A stretch of 20,000 nucleotides of DNA from an uncultured virus (IMG/VR IMGVR_UViG_3300028833_000145) (IMGVR_UViG_3300028833_000145); one strand, 5' to 3'; shown: positions 1 to 8,031, counted from the first letter of the stretch. The notes: generated by a model from the sequence alone, not told the origin. Made by a program: numbers and translations.

Positions 1-22
1 CAAGTTCATGGAAGCTTGATCT

Positions 23-346
23 TCAGAACTGGACATCGGAGAGCTGAGGAGCTATCTCAAACACTTTGCTGACTTTTGTGATGTCAAACACTATCTTTGG
101 TCCAGGCTAGATGTGAGTCAAAACTACTCTTCTGCCATTTGACTTTGCTTTTTGGAGAATCTAGACTAGAGCACCGAGACCAGAAGAGTCGATGTGGTTC
201 ATCTAGCTGAGGTCAAACAAGACATCTGTCTCTGGTGTCATCTTGCTGAGAACTTCATCTCTGAACTCTGGTGCAAATCTAGCTACAAATCTTCCAGCTA
301 CAGAGACTATCATGAGATTTCCTTCCAAGTCTATCTTCCAGTTCAT
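23..346 (-). CDS. STAS-domain anti-sigma factor antagonist (RsbV/SpoIIAA-like), 107 aa, with three in-frame TAG codons (likely Gln)
   Basis: Manual translation: MNWKIDLEGNLMIVSVAGRFVARFAPEFRDEVLSKMTPETDVLFDLS*MNHIDSSGLGALV*ILQKAKSNGRRVVLTHI*PGPKIVFDITKVSKVFEIAPQLSDVQF then TGA. Has the STAS signature D-L-S-x-x-x-x-I-D-S-S-G-L-G and the C-terminal F-D-I-T motif. SD-like AGAGGA upstream. TAGs at 205-203, 163-161 and 109-107. Confidence 0.9.
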
Positions 347-374
347 TGTCTGAATTCCTCTATTCTTTTTAGAC

Positions 375-380
375 TACTTA
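375..380 (-). promoter_or_regulatory. Possible late-promoter variant (TAAGTA) upstream of the STAS gene
   Basis: One mismatch to the TAAATA core, about 30 nt upstream of the ATG. No TTGCCA/TATAAT promoter seen on this strand. Confidence 0.4.
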
Positions 381-432
381 CAGATGTGTTTGGTTGCCAA
401 GCTCATCTGCTTTTGATATAATTCTGCTTGTC

Positions 433-936
433 ATGAGCAAGAGCAGAAACCACAGAAATCGAGAGCTTGTTGAAGAGCTTGTCTCACTCGGCTACCAGTT
501 CTATCCAAGAAGCCATGGACTCTTCTATGAAGAGATGCAAGTCCAAGACAAGTTTGGAAACTCGCCAGAGCTGAAGTTTGCCTTGGACCGGAGGAAAAGA
601 ATCCAGCTTGGAATTCCTAGAGGTCGATCTCTTGGCTACACGATATACCCAACTGAGAAGCTCCAGAGAGTTCTTGACAAGCTTGAAGTCCGCACTGGGC
701 TGCTTGATCCATGCAAGCCTAATGTCAAGCTCTTCATGCCTCTGTCTAAGGTTGCAGTTCCGAGATCATGGTTCTCTGGAAGGTTCTCTCACTCAATGGA
801 GTTCAGCTCTAGGATTGGAGTGAGAAGCTGGCTCAGGAATGTGAAGCACTACTTGCTTGAGATGAATGATCCACTTGTCATCAATGCTGATCGTGCTTGG
901 ATTGAGAGTTGCCAAAAGACTAGCGGCTTGATATAA
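433..936 (+). CDS. hypothetical protein
   Basis: Start moved to ATG 433, just downstream of promoter 394-422. Its stop TAA lies inside the next promoter's -10. Confidence 0.75.
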   Translation: MSKSRNHRNRELVEELVSLGYQFYPRSHGLFYEEMQVQDKFGNSPELKFALDRRKRIQLGIPRGRSLGYTIYPTEKLQRVLDKLEVRTGLLDPCKPNVKLFMPLSKVAVPRSWFSGRFSHSMEFSSRIGVRSWLRNVKHYLLEMNDPLVINADRAWIESCQKTSGLI

Positions 937-975
937 TTCTGACTGTCAACCAACCACTAAGAAAGGAAACCAAAG

Positions 976-1251
976 ATGGACAACCTGAAGATTGAAGCCG
1001 CCGCCTCGAAGATCCAAAAGCTCATCACAAGCTCAGTCAGAGAAGGCAAGTGGTGCAGAAGCACTGTGGATGAGCAGCCGACTCGAGAGAACATTGAGAG
1101 GTCGATTGGGTGGGGACTTCTTGGAATCTATGACCGGTCTATGGCCAATGCGGTGATGGACATCGTCTATCCGAAGCTCCGCAAGAATGGAATCCTCGCC
1201 AAGCTTCGTGGTGAGGAGCCTGCTCATAATGCCACCGAGTCCTTTGGCTGA
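976..1251 (+). CDS. hypothetical protein, paralog of 14678..14932
   Basis: Promoter at 909 and SD GAAAGGA. Shares VMDIVYPKLRKNGILAKLR with the 14678 ORF. Confidence 0.85.
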   Translation: MDNLKIEAAASKIQKLITSSVREGKWCRSTVDEQPTRENIERSIGWGLLGIYDRSMANAVMDIVYPKLRKNGILAKLRGEEPAHNATESFG

Positions 1252-1310
1252 AGAGGAAGAGCTTGAGTGGCAGAGTTGCCATTGTCTTGAGAGTTTGATA
1301 TAATTGTCTT

Positions 1311-1492
1311 ACCAACTACAACAACAAGGAGAACCCTGCCATGAAGCGCCTGTACTAAGAAGATTTTCCTCGAGTGAGGGACAGGGATGTGAAAGCCTGT
1401 TTGCTGAAGGACATCCAAAGTTGAGAGATCCACAGAGCATCCTAGGCTCTACTCGTGGGTCTCTTGATTTCTTTGTGCTTTGGTTGTAGTTG
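1311..1492 (+). ncRNA. candidate structured non-coding RNA
   Basis: Own promoter (1276-1304) but only a 5-codon ORF after the SD. The 5' and 3' ends are complementary and there are several internal stems. Confidence 0.35.
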
Positions 1493-1557
1493 CCAAGTCC
1501 TAGCAGCTTTGATATAATTCCAAGTGTCAACTAACCACAAAGAAAAGGAGAATGCAA

Positions 1558-1764
1558 ATGCAGAAGTATAAAGTTGAGTGCATGGTAGGAAGCTATGGCA
1601 AAGGGCCCGTCAAAGAGTTTGAAGCCTCTAGTGATAATGAAGCATTTGAGATAGGCTGGAAGTTTGCAAAGCAGCAGATGAAGTGCATTGCATTTAGTGT
1701 GAGCAAGAAGGTAGGCCGCCGTAAAGTGTATATTGGGCCAGAAGAAAGCAAGAAAGCCGCTTGA
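1558..1764 (+). CDS. hypothetical protein
   Basis: Promoter at 1490 and SD AAGGAG. ATG 1558 has better spacing than 1552. Confidence 0.75.
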   Translation: MQKYKVECMVGSYGKGPVKEFEASSDNEAFEIGWKFAKQQMKCIAFSVSKKVGRRKVYIGPEESKKAA

Positions 1765-1836
1765 TGCAGAAGTTGCCAAGTTCATCCAGCTTTGATATAA
1801 TTCTGCCTGTAAACCACCAAGAAAGGAAACCAGCAA

Positions 1837-2364
1837 ATGAGCAAGATTGATGAGATGATTCGTGAAAACAGGCAAGAGTATGGAATTGATCTGCCTGAAG
1901 ATGAAGCTCGAGAGCTTGCTAAGCTGCAGCTGGAAGACCTCAAGCGGAAGGGCTGCACACTTGAGAACATTAGTGAGTGCCATGGGTGCTCAGCTACTAA
2001 GGATGGTTCTGAGTGTCCTCTGTGTGATTGGGAGAAACGCCATCCTGAATATGCCAATGATGAGCTTGCCAAGAGAATCAAAGCCCTTGAGAACAAATCT
2101 AGAGACAAGTTCAAAGCTGAGATGAAGTCCAAGGTCATTGGAGAGTTCAAGAAACTCAAGGTAGATGTTGACTTGACCGAGGCAGCTAGAGCACTTGAAA
2201 CCGCGGCTAGAGACATGATAGAAGCTGCTAGAGAATTTGAGGAAGTTGAAGGCCAAAACGATGAAGTCCAGCTCAAAGCTCTGGCTAAAGTCAATGAAGC
2301 TCTTGACAAGATCCGCCACAGCAAGCTTGGATTCTTCTTAGAGAGGACAAAGTGGTTTGCTTGA
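1837..2364 (+). CDS. hypothetical protein with Cys cluster and coiled coil; N-terminal half paralogous to 18077..18583
   Basis: Promoter at 1773 and SD GAAAGGA. C-x6-CxxC-x8-CxxC followed by WEKRHPEY. Confidence 0.85.
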   Translation: MSKIDEMIRENRQEYGIDLPEDEARELAKLQLEDLKRKGCTLENISECHGCSATKDGSECPLCDWEKRHPEYANDELAKRIKALENKSRDKFKAEMKSKVIGEFKKLKVDVDLTEAARALETAARDMIEAAREFEEVEGQNDEVQLKALAKVNEALDKIRHSKLGFFLERTKWFA

Positions 2365-2427
2365 GATTGCCACAGCCTCAGCCTTTTGATATGATTCTGC
2401 TTGCTAACTGAAAGAAATGACAAAGCT

Positions 2428-2562
2428 ATGGATAGTGACAAAATCAAGACGGCTTTCGACTATGTAGTCTTCATCATTCTTGTAGTTGCTATAGCATCTA
2501 TAGTTCCAATTGGGACATGCATTGCAATTTGGATGGTGTTAAAAGCTGCAGAGAATTACTGA
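2428..2562 (+). CDS. small membrane protein (44 aa)
   Basis: MDSDKIKTAFDYVVFIILVVAIASIVPIGTCIAIWMVLKAAENY, downstream of promoter 2367. Below the ORF-track size cutoff. Confidence 0.6.
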   Translation: MDSDKIKTAFDYVVFIILVVAIASIVPIGTCIAIWMVLKAAENY

Positions 2563-2635
2563 TTGGATTTGGATGTTGCCACAGCCTCAAGCTTTTGATA
2601 TAATTCTGGATGTCAACCACTCAAGGAAATCACCA

Positions 2636-2839
2636 ATGCCAGAGACCTGTATCTACAAACTTGACTACCAGCATCACTCAAGCTTTTCATTTGCTTGGGA
2701 TGAAATGCATGCAACTGAGATAGTTGAAGCACCCAAGAACATTGGCTTCAGAGAGCTTGAGACTCTATGCCATCAGAAGATTCCTGGATTCTGGGCTTTG
2801 AACAATTTCGAGGAAGTCTATATTCGGAAGCTTGTGTGA
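2636..2839 (+). CDS. hypothetical protein
   Basis: Promoter at 2576, SD AAGGA, ATG 2636. Confidence 0.75.
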   Translation: MPETCIYKLDYQHHSSFSFAWDEMHATEIVEAPKNIGFRELETLCHQKIPGFWALNNFEEVYIRKLV

Positions 2840-2862
2840 CCAACAAAGAGGAGAAACATCGT

Positions 2863-2954
2863 TGGTTGGGGAGCTGGGATTCGAACCCAGACCGACGGCT
2901 TCAGAGGCCAAAGGGTTTTAGAGACCCTCGTGCTAACCACTACACTACTCCCCA
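2863..2954 (-). tRNA. Amber suppressor tRNA (anticodon CUA), Gln-type acceptor stem, 92 nt, with a second CUG anticodon-like arm in the variable region
   Basis: TGGGGAG-TA-GTGTAGTGGTTAGCAC-G-AGGGT CTCTAAA ACCCT-TTGGC CTCTGAA GCCGT-CGGT-CTGGG TTCGAAT CCCAG-CTCCCCA-A-CCA. Perfect 7-bp acceptor stem, canonical T arm, encoded CCA. Confidence 0.92.
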
Positions 2955-2966
2955 ATCAGAGATTCA

Positions 2967-2974
2967 TATTTATA
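2967..2974 (-). promoter_or_regulatory. T4-type late promoter TATAAATA upstream of the suppressor tRNA
   Basis: Exact match to the T4 gp55 late consensus, 12 nt upstream of the tRNA 5' end. Confidence 0.7.
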
Positions 2975-3037
2975 TTTTATTGGAAGTGCTTAGAATCTTA
3001 GTTGCCAAAGTTGCTTTGCTTTGATATAATTCTGAGC

Positions 3038-3319
3038 ATGGAAAGCAACAACACAACCACTAAGATGAAGATTGTCCTTGCAAAGAAGCCTAGCAGCACT
3101 GAGTTCTGTGTCTGTGACTATAGCACCTTGAAAGTGCTTGATGTCTTTGATCTCAGCAAGCTCACTCTTCCACAATGCGTCAACATGCTCAAAGACCACT
3201 ATGAGATTGCTGGATTCCTCAGCCATGGAATGATCATTCCTCTAGTTGGCCTCATTCCTAGCCATGAAGACAAGCGAATCGAAGATGTGCATGAGCGCTT
3301 AGCTAAAGTTGCAGCTTGA
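3038..3319 (+). CDS. hypothetical protein (probably leaderless)
   Basis: ATG 7 nt after the -10 (3025-3030), no SD. Confidence 0.7.
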   Translation: MESNNTTTKMKIVLAKKPSSTEFCVCDYSTLKVLDVFDLSKLTLPQCVNMLKDHYEIAGFLSHGMIIPLVGLIPSHEDKRIEDVHERLAKVAA

Positions 3320-3341
3320 GAAAAAGAAGGAGATTGGAAAG

Positions 3342-3614
3342 ATGGCTAGAAATGACAAAGAGCAGCTCTTCGACTGCATGATCACTTGTGGTGAGCTTGA
3401 CCCTGAGTGGTATGGCCACTACAAGAAAGACACTGTCATCCGAGAAGTGGCTAAGCACAATGTCACTGCAGAGGAAGCTAAGGCATGGCATGGCTCAGCT
3501 GAGTGCATGAAGCGTGTGCAGGAGCTTGAGGACCTTGGACGAGAGAAGTTTGGCAAAGACCACTGGATGAAGTGGAGTGTGAGCTACTTCTGGACAACTG
3601 CAGCGAAAGATTAG
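3342..3614 (+). CDS. hypothetical protein
   Basis: SD AAGGAG and ATG 3342. Ends in TAG, followed by TCT TGA. Confidence 0.75.
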   Translation: MARNDKEQLFDCMITCGELDPEWYGHYKKDTVIREVAKHNVTAEEAKAWHGSAECMKRVQELEDLGREKFGKDHWMKWSVSYFWTTAAKD

Positions 3615-3685
3615 TCTTGAGGTTGCCACAGCCTCAGCCTTTTGATATAATTCTGAATGTCAATTGACCACTGAGGAGAGAACAA

Positions 3686-3862
3686 ATGCCATACCCATCT
3701 GACCTCGACAACTTCAAAGCTAAAGCTCATGCTGAGTCTATCAAGCTTGCGAATTCAGCTGGAAGCCAACTTCAACTCTTGATTGAAGAGCAGTTAGTTG
3801 CAGCTTATGTTGCTGGCTACAAGCAGTGCGAAGAAGACTATCCACATCGGACTATGGACTGA
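3686..3862 (+). CDS. hypothetical protein (58 aa)
   Basis: Promoter at 3623, SD GAGGAG. MPYPSDLDNFKAKAHAESIKL...DYPHRTMD. Confidence 0.7.
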   Translation: MPYPSDLDNFKAKAHAESIKLANSAGSQLQLLIEEQLVAAYVAGYKQCEEDYPHRTMD

Positions 3863-3894
3863 AGATCAGTGTAGCAATTGGTGAGGAGAAATAG

Positions 3895-4377
3895 ATGAGA
3901 AACTTCACTGCTAGCCAGACTCGTGAATATGAGAAGTCAAACTCACTTGACAGGATTCCTTGTCTAGAAGGTCTAGACACTGGCTGCAAGGCTGAGATCC
4001 TAGAAGGTGCTTCGGATGCAGTCTCTAGGACTAGAGTTGGCCAGAAGTTCATTGACTGTGTGTGCAAGAAGGCTGGAGTTCCTTCTGTCATGCTTTGGGT
4101 CAAAGATCAAAGCCAGCTTCATCGAGATGACAAAGCTCTTGGAACTCTGAAGCAGAAGACGCTTGGCCGCTATTGGCATGCTGGAAGCAATGGAAAGAAG
4201 ATTGAGATCTGGAATCTGACAGCCAAACGTGGGAAGGTTGTAGCAGCCAAGACATTCTGGAACACTCTCTGCCATGAGCTCTGCCATCACCTTGACTGTG
4301 CAAAGCTAGGACTGGCAAGTTCATTCCACTGTGCCGGATTCTACAAGCGAATCTCATTTCTTGAGTCCCTTGGATGA
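3895..4377 (+). CDS. putative zinc metalloprotease (zincin, SprT/YgjP-like)
   Basis: TLCHELCHH (HExxH) with a downstream H-x-x-x-F (FHCAGF). SD GAGGAG. Confidence 0.7.
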   Translation: MRNFTASQTREYEKSNSLDRIPCLEGLDTGCKAEILEGASDAVSRTRVGQKFIDCVCKKAGVPSVMLWVKDQSQLHRDDKALGTLKQKTLGRYWHAGSNGKKIEIWNLTAKRGKVVAAKTFWNTLCHELCHHLDCAKLGLASSFHCAGFYKRISFLESLG

Positions 4378-4454
4378 CTCGAGTGGTGATTCCAAGTTGC
4401 CAAGCTCAAGTGCATTTGATATAATTCCGGCATCAACCACTAAGGAGAAACCAA

Positions 4455-4607
4455 ATGAAAAACTATCTCACAACCTATCTCAATCCAAAAACTAACACCA
4501 CAGTCACAAAGACTTATTCTAACATCTCTCCAGAGACCCTCCAAAAGTACATCTCACTCTACACTTCGCTCTCTGGATTCCAGTTTGTGTCTTCTGCTGA
4601 AATCTGA
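4455..4607 (+). CDS. hypothetical protein (50 aa)
   Basis: Promoter at 4397, SD TAAGGAG. MKNYLTTYLNPKTNTTVTKTYSNISPETLQKYISLYTSLSGFQFVSSAEI. Confidence 0.7.
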   Translation: MKNYLTTYLNPKTNTTVTKTYSNISPETLQKYISLYTSLSGFQFVSSAEI

Positions 4608-4750
4608 TTCACACTGCCTATCTCACCTTTCCTTTCTAATCCTCAGTCTCTCTGGGGATTTTTCATTTCATCTTCTTGCATAGTTGCCAAGATTTCTATA
4701 GCTTGATATAATGACAACATAACCACCACAAAGTGAAAGGAAACAAACAA

Positions 4751-4996
4751 ATGAAGAAGCTCTTGATCCTGCCGATTCTTGCACTTGGTCTTGCTGGGTG
4801 TGGAAATCTTGACATGTTTGACACCAACTTCACTTACCACTATGCTTTGACAAAGTGGCCTGATGGGACAACAAAGAAGATTGAGATCAAGCAGTGGTGT
4901 GACTATGAAGGTGAGCAGATCCAGATCATCTCTCCAGATGGGAACATCTATCTGCTGTCAATGAACAACACTGTTCTTGTCCGTGAAGGAAAGTGA
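4751..4996 (+). CDS. small phage lipoprotein
   Basis: MKKLLILPILALGLAGC: signal peptide II with lipobox LAGC. Promoter at 4684, SD GAAAGGA. Confidence 0.85.
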   Translation: MKKLLILPILALGLAGCGNLDMFDTNFTYHYALTKWPDGTTKKIEIKQWCDYEGEQIQIISPDGNIYLLSMNNTVLVREGK

Positions 4997-4997
4997 C

Positions 4998-5138
4998 ATG
5001 GAGACAATCCAAATCTCTGGACAGTGGTATGCAATCCGCTGGGAAGATGACTCTAAGACAAAGTTCCAGATTGTTGCTGGACCATTTGCCGAAGAGCATT
5101 GGGCAAGAAGCATGGCTCGCTTGAATGAGCTTGACTGA
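4998..5138 (+). CDS. hypothetical protein (46 aa)
   Basis: Translationally coupled to the lipoprotein gene, SD GAAGGA. METIQISGQWYAIRWEDDSKTKFQIVAGPF... Confidence 0.65.
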   Translation: METIQISGQWYAIRWEDDSKTKFQIVAGPFAEEHWARSMARLNELD

Positions 5139-5158
5139 ATTCAGAAAGAGAGGAAACT

Positions 5159-5320
5159 ATGGAGACTTGGGAGATGCGTCAACGTCGCTTGAGAGCTGAA
5201 GCTAAGAGAGCAAAGATCAAGAGAGCAATTGGTGATGTCTTTGGCTCAGCAGCATTCTTTGGAATGCTATTTGTCTTCTGCTGGCTTTGCTGTGCAGCTA
5301 GCGGATATCATTGGGAGTGA
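5159..5320 (+). CDS. small membrane protein (53 aa)
   Basis: SD GAGGA. Basic N-terminus followed by hydrophobic VFGSAAFFGMLFVFCWLCCAA. Confidence 0.65.
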   Translation: METWEMRQRRLRAEAKRAKIKRAIGDVFGSAAFFGMLFVFCWLCCAASGYHWE

Positions 5321-5400
5321 GAATCAAAGTTGCCAAGTTGCAAGACTTTTGATATGATATAATGAGTGCACAACCAAATGGATGAAAGGAAATGATTTAG

Positions 5401-5715
5401 ATGAAAGCTGAAACAACTTTGACTGATGCTGAATGGGAAGAGAAGTTCAATAGCCCTCGCAACCAGCTTCTCAAAGAGATATTTGGTGACACTCCTTGCC
5501 AAGTGAAAGACATCTCACCTAAAGTGGTCATCAAAGATGAGAATTGGGACAGAGGAAATGACTTCATGGTGAATGGACGTCCTCGAATCCACAAGAACTC
5601 AAACTCTGATCTTTGCTCGGTTGCACGTTGGAATGACCAGATGCGATCAACTGGAAAGATTGTCAGCCAGATGAAAGATGAGCCAGCTGAAGTCTCTAAG
5701 CTGGAGAACCGATGA
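5401..5715 (+). CDS. hypothetical protein
   Basis: Promoter at 5330, SD GAAAGGA. Confidence 0.75.
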   Translation: MKAETTLTDAEWEEKFNSPRNQLLKEIFGDTPCQVKDISPKVVIKDENWDRGNDFMVNGRPRIHKNSNSDLCSVARWNDQMRSTGKIVSQMKDEPAEVSKLENR

Positions 5716-5953
5716 TTTGAGAGGTCACTCTCTCCAGAGAGGCAGAAGAAAGGAAGTTGATTTCATCCGAGCTGCAGGAAAGAAATGCAGCAAGTGGTTG
5801 GATGATGGTAGGAAGCATGAGAGTGGGTGGTTCCCTCTCTAGCCTGCGAAGCTATGGGTCTCCTTTCCCCTTTCCGTAGCAGGCTATGATTTTCTATAGA
5901 CAACTCAAGCTTTCTAGATTGCCTAAGTGATCTAGCTTGATATAATTCTTAGC

Positions 5954-6475
5954 GTGACAACCATGACAATGGATGAGTTGAGGTCTTTAGCAAGACGTGA
6001 TGAGATTCTCTCAAAAGAAGAATCTTTCTCCATGACCGTTGAAGATCTCTATTGGTACTCTCACTTCAGGAAGAAGTGGCTTGAGAAGCTGAATAGAGAA
6101 GAAACACCAAGCGAAGAAGACTTGCTCCCGGTCCTCAAGATTCTAGATGATGGATCTCTTGAAGTCAAGATCAAAGGCACTAGCAAGTACTACCATGTCA
6201 CTGCACATGCTGTCAAGCGATTCAAAGAGAGAACTGATGCACTTCAGCACCATGATCCTCTGAAGTATCTAGCTAAAGAGCTTCGAGATGCTATGCCTGC
6301 TAAGCTTGCTAATGCTAAAGGGCAAGTTCTGGCCCTTCTCAACCACAACTTAGAGCATGCCAGATACATGCTTGGACGACGAACTAAGGTCATTTGGGTT
6401 CTCGTTGGAGATGTTGTCAAGACCTGCCACATGAATGAGAGCAAGAGGTATGTTGCCATAGTTGAGAAGTCTTGA
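5954..6475 (+). CDS. hypothetical protein
   Basis: Promoter at 5919. GTG 7 nt after the -10 (alternative ATG 5963). Contains T-x-H-A-x-x-R-x-x-E-R, a motif I recall from small phage proteins. Confidence 0.8.
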   Translation: MTTMTMDELRSLARRDEILSKEESFSMTVEDLYWYSHFRKKWLEKLNREETPSEEDLLPVLKILDDGSLEVKIKGTSKYYHVTAHAVKRFKERTDALQHHDPLKYLAKELRDAMPAKLANAKGQVLALLNHNLEHARYMLGRRTKVIWVLVGDVVKTCHMNESKRYVAIVEKS

Positions 6476-6491
6476 TATAATTCTGCTTGCT

Positions 6492-6806
6492 ATGAAGATT
6501 GAAGTTCTGCCAAACAACTTGAACGAGAAGACTCGTGGACAACATGTCAAGGAAGAGAAGTTGAGAAGCATTCTCAGTGAATCCATCCAGAAGATTGTTG
6601 TCAACAAGTGTGTCAATGGTGCTGAAGCTGATTCAACAATGAACAGTCTCATGACTTTGATCATGGCTTGCCAGATGCTCTGGAATGAGCTTGAAGATGT
6701 GAAAGAAGAGCTTGCTAAAGCTAGAGCTGATGTTGATGATGCCTTTGAGCGTGGCTACAACACTGGAAGTCTTGAGACGGAGCATTCAATGCAAGAGAAT
6801 GCTTGA
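6492..6806 (+). CDS. hypothetical coiled-coil protein
   Basis: ATG 10 nt after the -10 of promoter 6453. Confidence 0.75.
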   Translation: MKIEVLPNNLNEKTRGQHVKEEKLRSILSESIQKIVVNKCVNGAEADSTMNSLMTLIMACQMLWNELEDVKEELAKARADVDDAFERGYNTGSLETEHSMQENA

Positions 6807-6910
6807 GTGGCTTGGTTGCCAAAGCTTGATAGCTTTGATATAATTCCAAGTGTTCCGAGAACTAAACCAACTCGAAACAAAAAACCAAACCACAAACGAA
6901 AGGAAATCAA

Positions 6911-7399
6911 ATGAAATACATCCACACAACCGCTTCAACCACCTACACAACCAAAGGTTGGAAGAAATCCAAGGATGGTTCGCTCTACAAGCCTTGCAAA
7001 GATTCTAAAGCCGCTTACCAAAAAGAAATTGACCAAACTCTCTTCTCAAAGAAAGTCAAGGTCGAAGATCTTCCTCAAGCCACTTGGTTCCTCGGAGGCT
7101 GCGACTGTCCTAATGACTTGATCAAGCACAAAATCTCAGACATCATCTATCGCTTGGTCCGGATACTCGAAGAAAACCAGAAGCTTGAGTCTCAGAACAA
7201 GAAAGCTACAGTCAACATCAACTGGCTCGAAGAAGCAAAAGATAATCTCGAGAAAGTTCTTGGAATTGCAATTCTCTACAATCGCTACAACACCACCTAT
7301 GGCGATTTCTTCTCTGGCTCGGATCGCGACTCAAAGCTTATCTCTAAGCTCAAAACCGAATTAGTCGACTCACTCAAACGCTATGGCTTAAAGGTCTAA
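6911..7399 (+). CDS. hypothetical protein
   Basis: Promoter at 6816, long A/C-rich leader, SD GAAAGGA. Confidence 0.85.
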   Translation: MKYIHTTASTTYTTKGWKKSKDGSLYKPCKDSKAAYQKEIDQTLFSKKVKVEDLPQATWFLGGCDCPNDLIKHKISDIIYRLVRILEENQKLESQNKKATVNINWLEEAKDNLEKVLGIAILYNRYNTTYGDFFSGSDRDSKLISKLKTELVDSLKRYGLKV

Positions 7400-7421
7400 G
7401 CCAATCATTCATATAAATCCG

Positions 7422-7453
7422 AAATCCCTAGGTCTCAACCACCTAGGGATTTT
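7422..7453. terminator. bidirectional intrinsic terminator
   Basis: AAATCCCTAGGT-7nt-ACCTAGGGATTT perfect 12-bp stem between convergent genes. Confidence 0.75.
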
Positions 7454-7482
7454 CAGCAGCCTCAAGCTTTCAGCTGTGGTTC

Positions 7483-8004
7483 TCAGCTATCTTTCTTATC
7501 TTCTTTGTCTTCCTTGACAGCCTCATACTTGATGAAGTTCTCTTTTCTGAAAGAGCGAAATCCCTTAGCCTCAAGATCCCAGTAGACGATTATTGTTGGT
7601 GGGACGAAGTGCTTCTTCTTGCCATCCTCAACTTTCTTGTCAGTAGCCTTAGCTCCATCCATCAGGTCGGCCTTCAGAGTTCCGACAGCCTCACGTGTTG
7701 AGCCATCAACTTTCTTGAAAGAGAACTTGACCTTGCCAGCTTTCAGAGCCTCAAGAAACTTCTTCTCTACAGCCTCAGACATTGACTCATTCATTCTGCT
7801 GTCAAGATACACATTGTCCTCAACTTCATATCCTCTCTCTTCTGCAAAGTCTCGCATCTCTTCACCAAACTTCTCAGGATCTTGCATTGAGCTGTGCTTT
7901 GAGAGAAACTCTTCAGTCATCTTCTTGAGCTCTGGATCTTTTCCGCTGTACTTAGGACCTTCTTTCAGGCCATCCCACACAATTGAGCACACTTTTCTTG
8001 CCAT
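7483..8004 (-). CDS. WYL_2/Sm-like SH3 beta-barrel domain protein (T4 gp61.1/DUF2693-like C-terminal domain)
   Basis: F-K-K-V-D-G-S-T-R-E-A-V-G-T-L ... Y-W-D-L-E-A-K-G-F-R-S-F-R pattern. Confidence 0.75.
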   Translation of the reverse strand: MARKVCSIVWDGLKEGPKYSGKDPELKKMTEEFLSKHSSMQDPEKFGEEMRDFAEERGYEVEDNVYLDSRMNESMSEAVEKKFLEALKAGKVKFSFKKVDGSTREAVGTLKADLMDGAKATDKKVEDGKKKHFVPPTIIVYWDLEAKGFRSFRKENFIKYEAVKEDKEDKKDS

Positions 8005-8031
8005 ATCTTAGTCTTTCATTGTTGTTTCTGT

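Noticed and set aside
23..346. STAS gene as a pseudogene
   Set aside because: All three interruptions are TAG, with no frameshift or TAA/TGA, intact motifs, and a CUA tRNA 2.5 kb away. Recoding is more parsimonious.
194..421. + strand 75-aa ORF from the track
   Set aside because: It is the antisense shadow of the recoded STAS gene and has no SD or promoter.
1385..1416. Hammerhead-like GAAA...CTGAAG inside the GGATGT/ACATCC stem
   Set aside because: Only 9 nt lie between GAAA and CTGA, too short for stems I and III, and the core is not CUGANGA.
1782..2447. Long minus-strand ORFs (also 1531..1983, 14540..15013, 18236..18886 and similar)
   Set aside because: They are antisense to well-supported + strand genes, cross promoters, and have Ser/Leu-rich shadow composition.
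2767..3024. 85-aa ORF (also 16429..16611)
   Set aside because: These overlap tRNA genes and are spurious translations.
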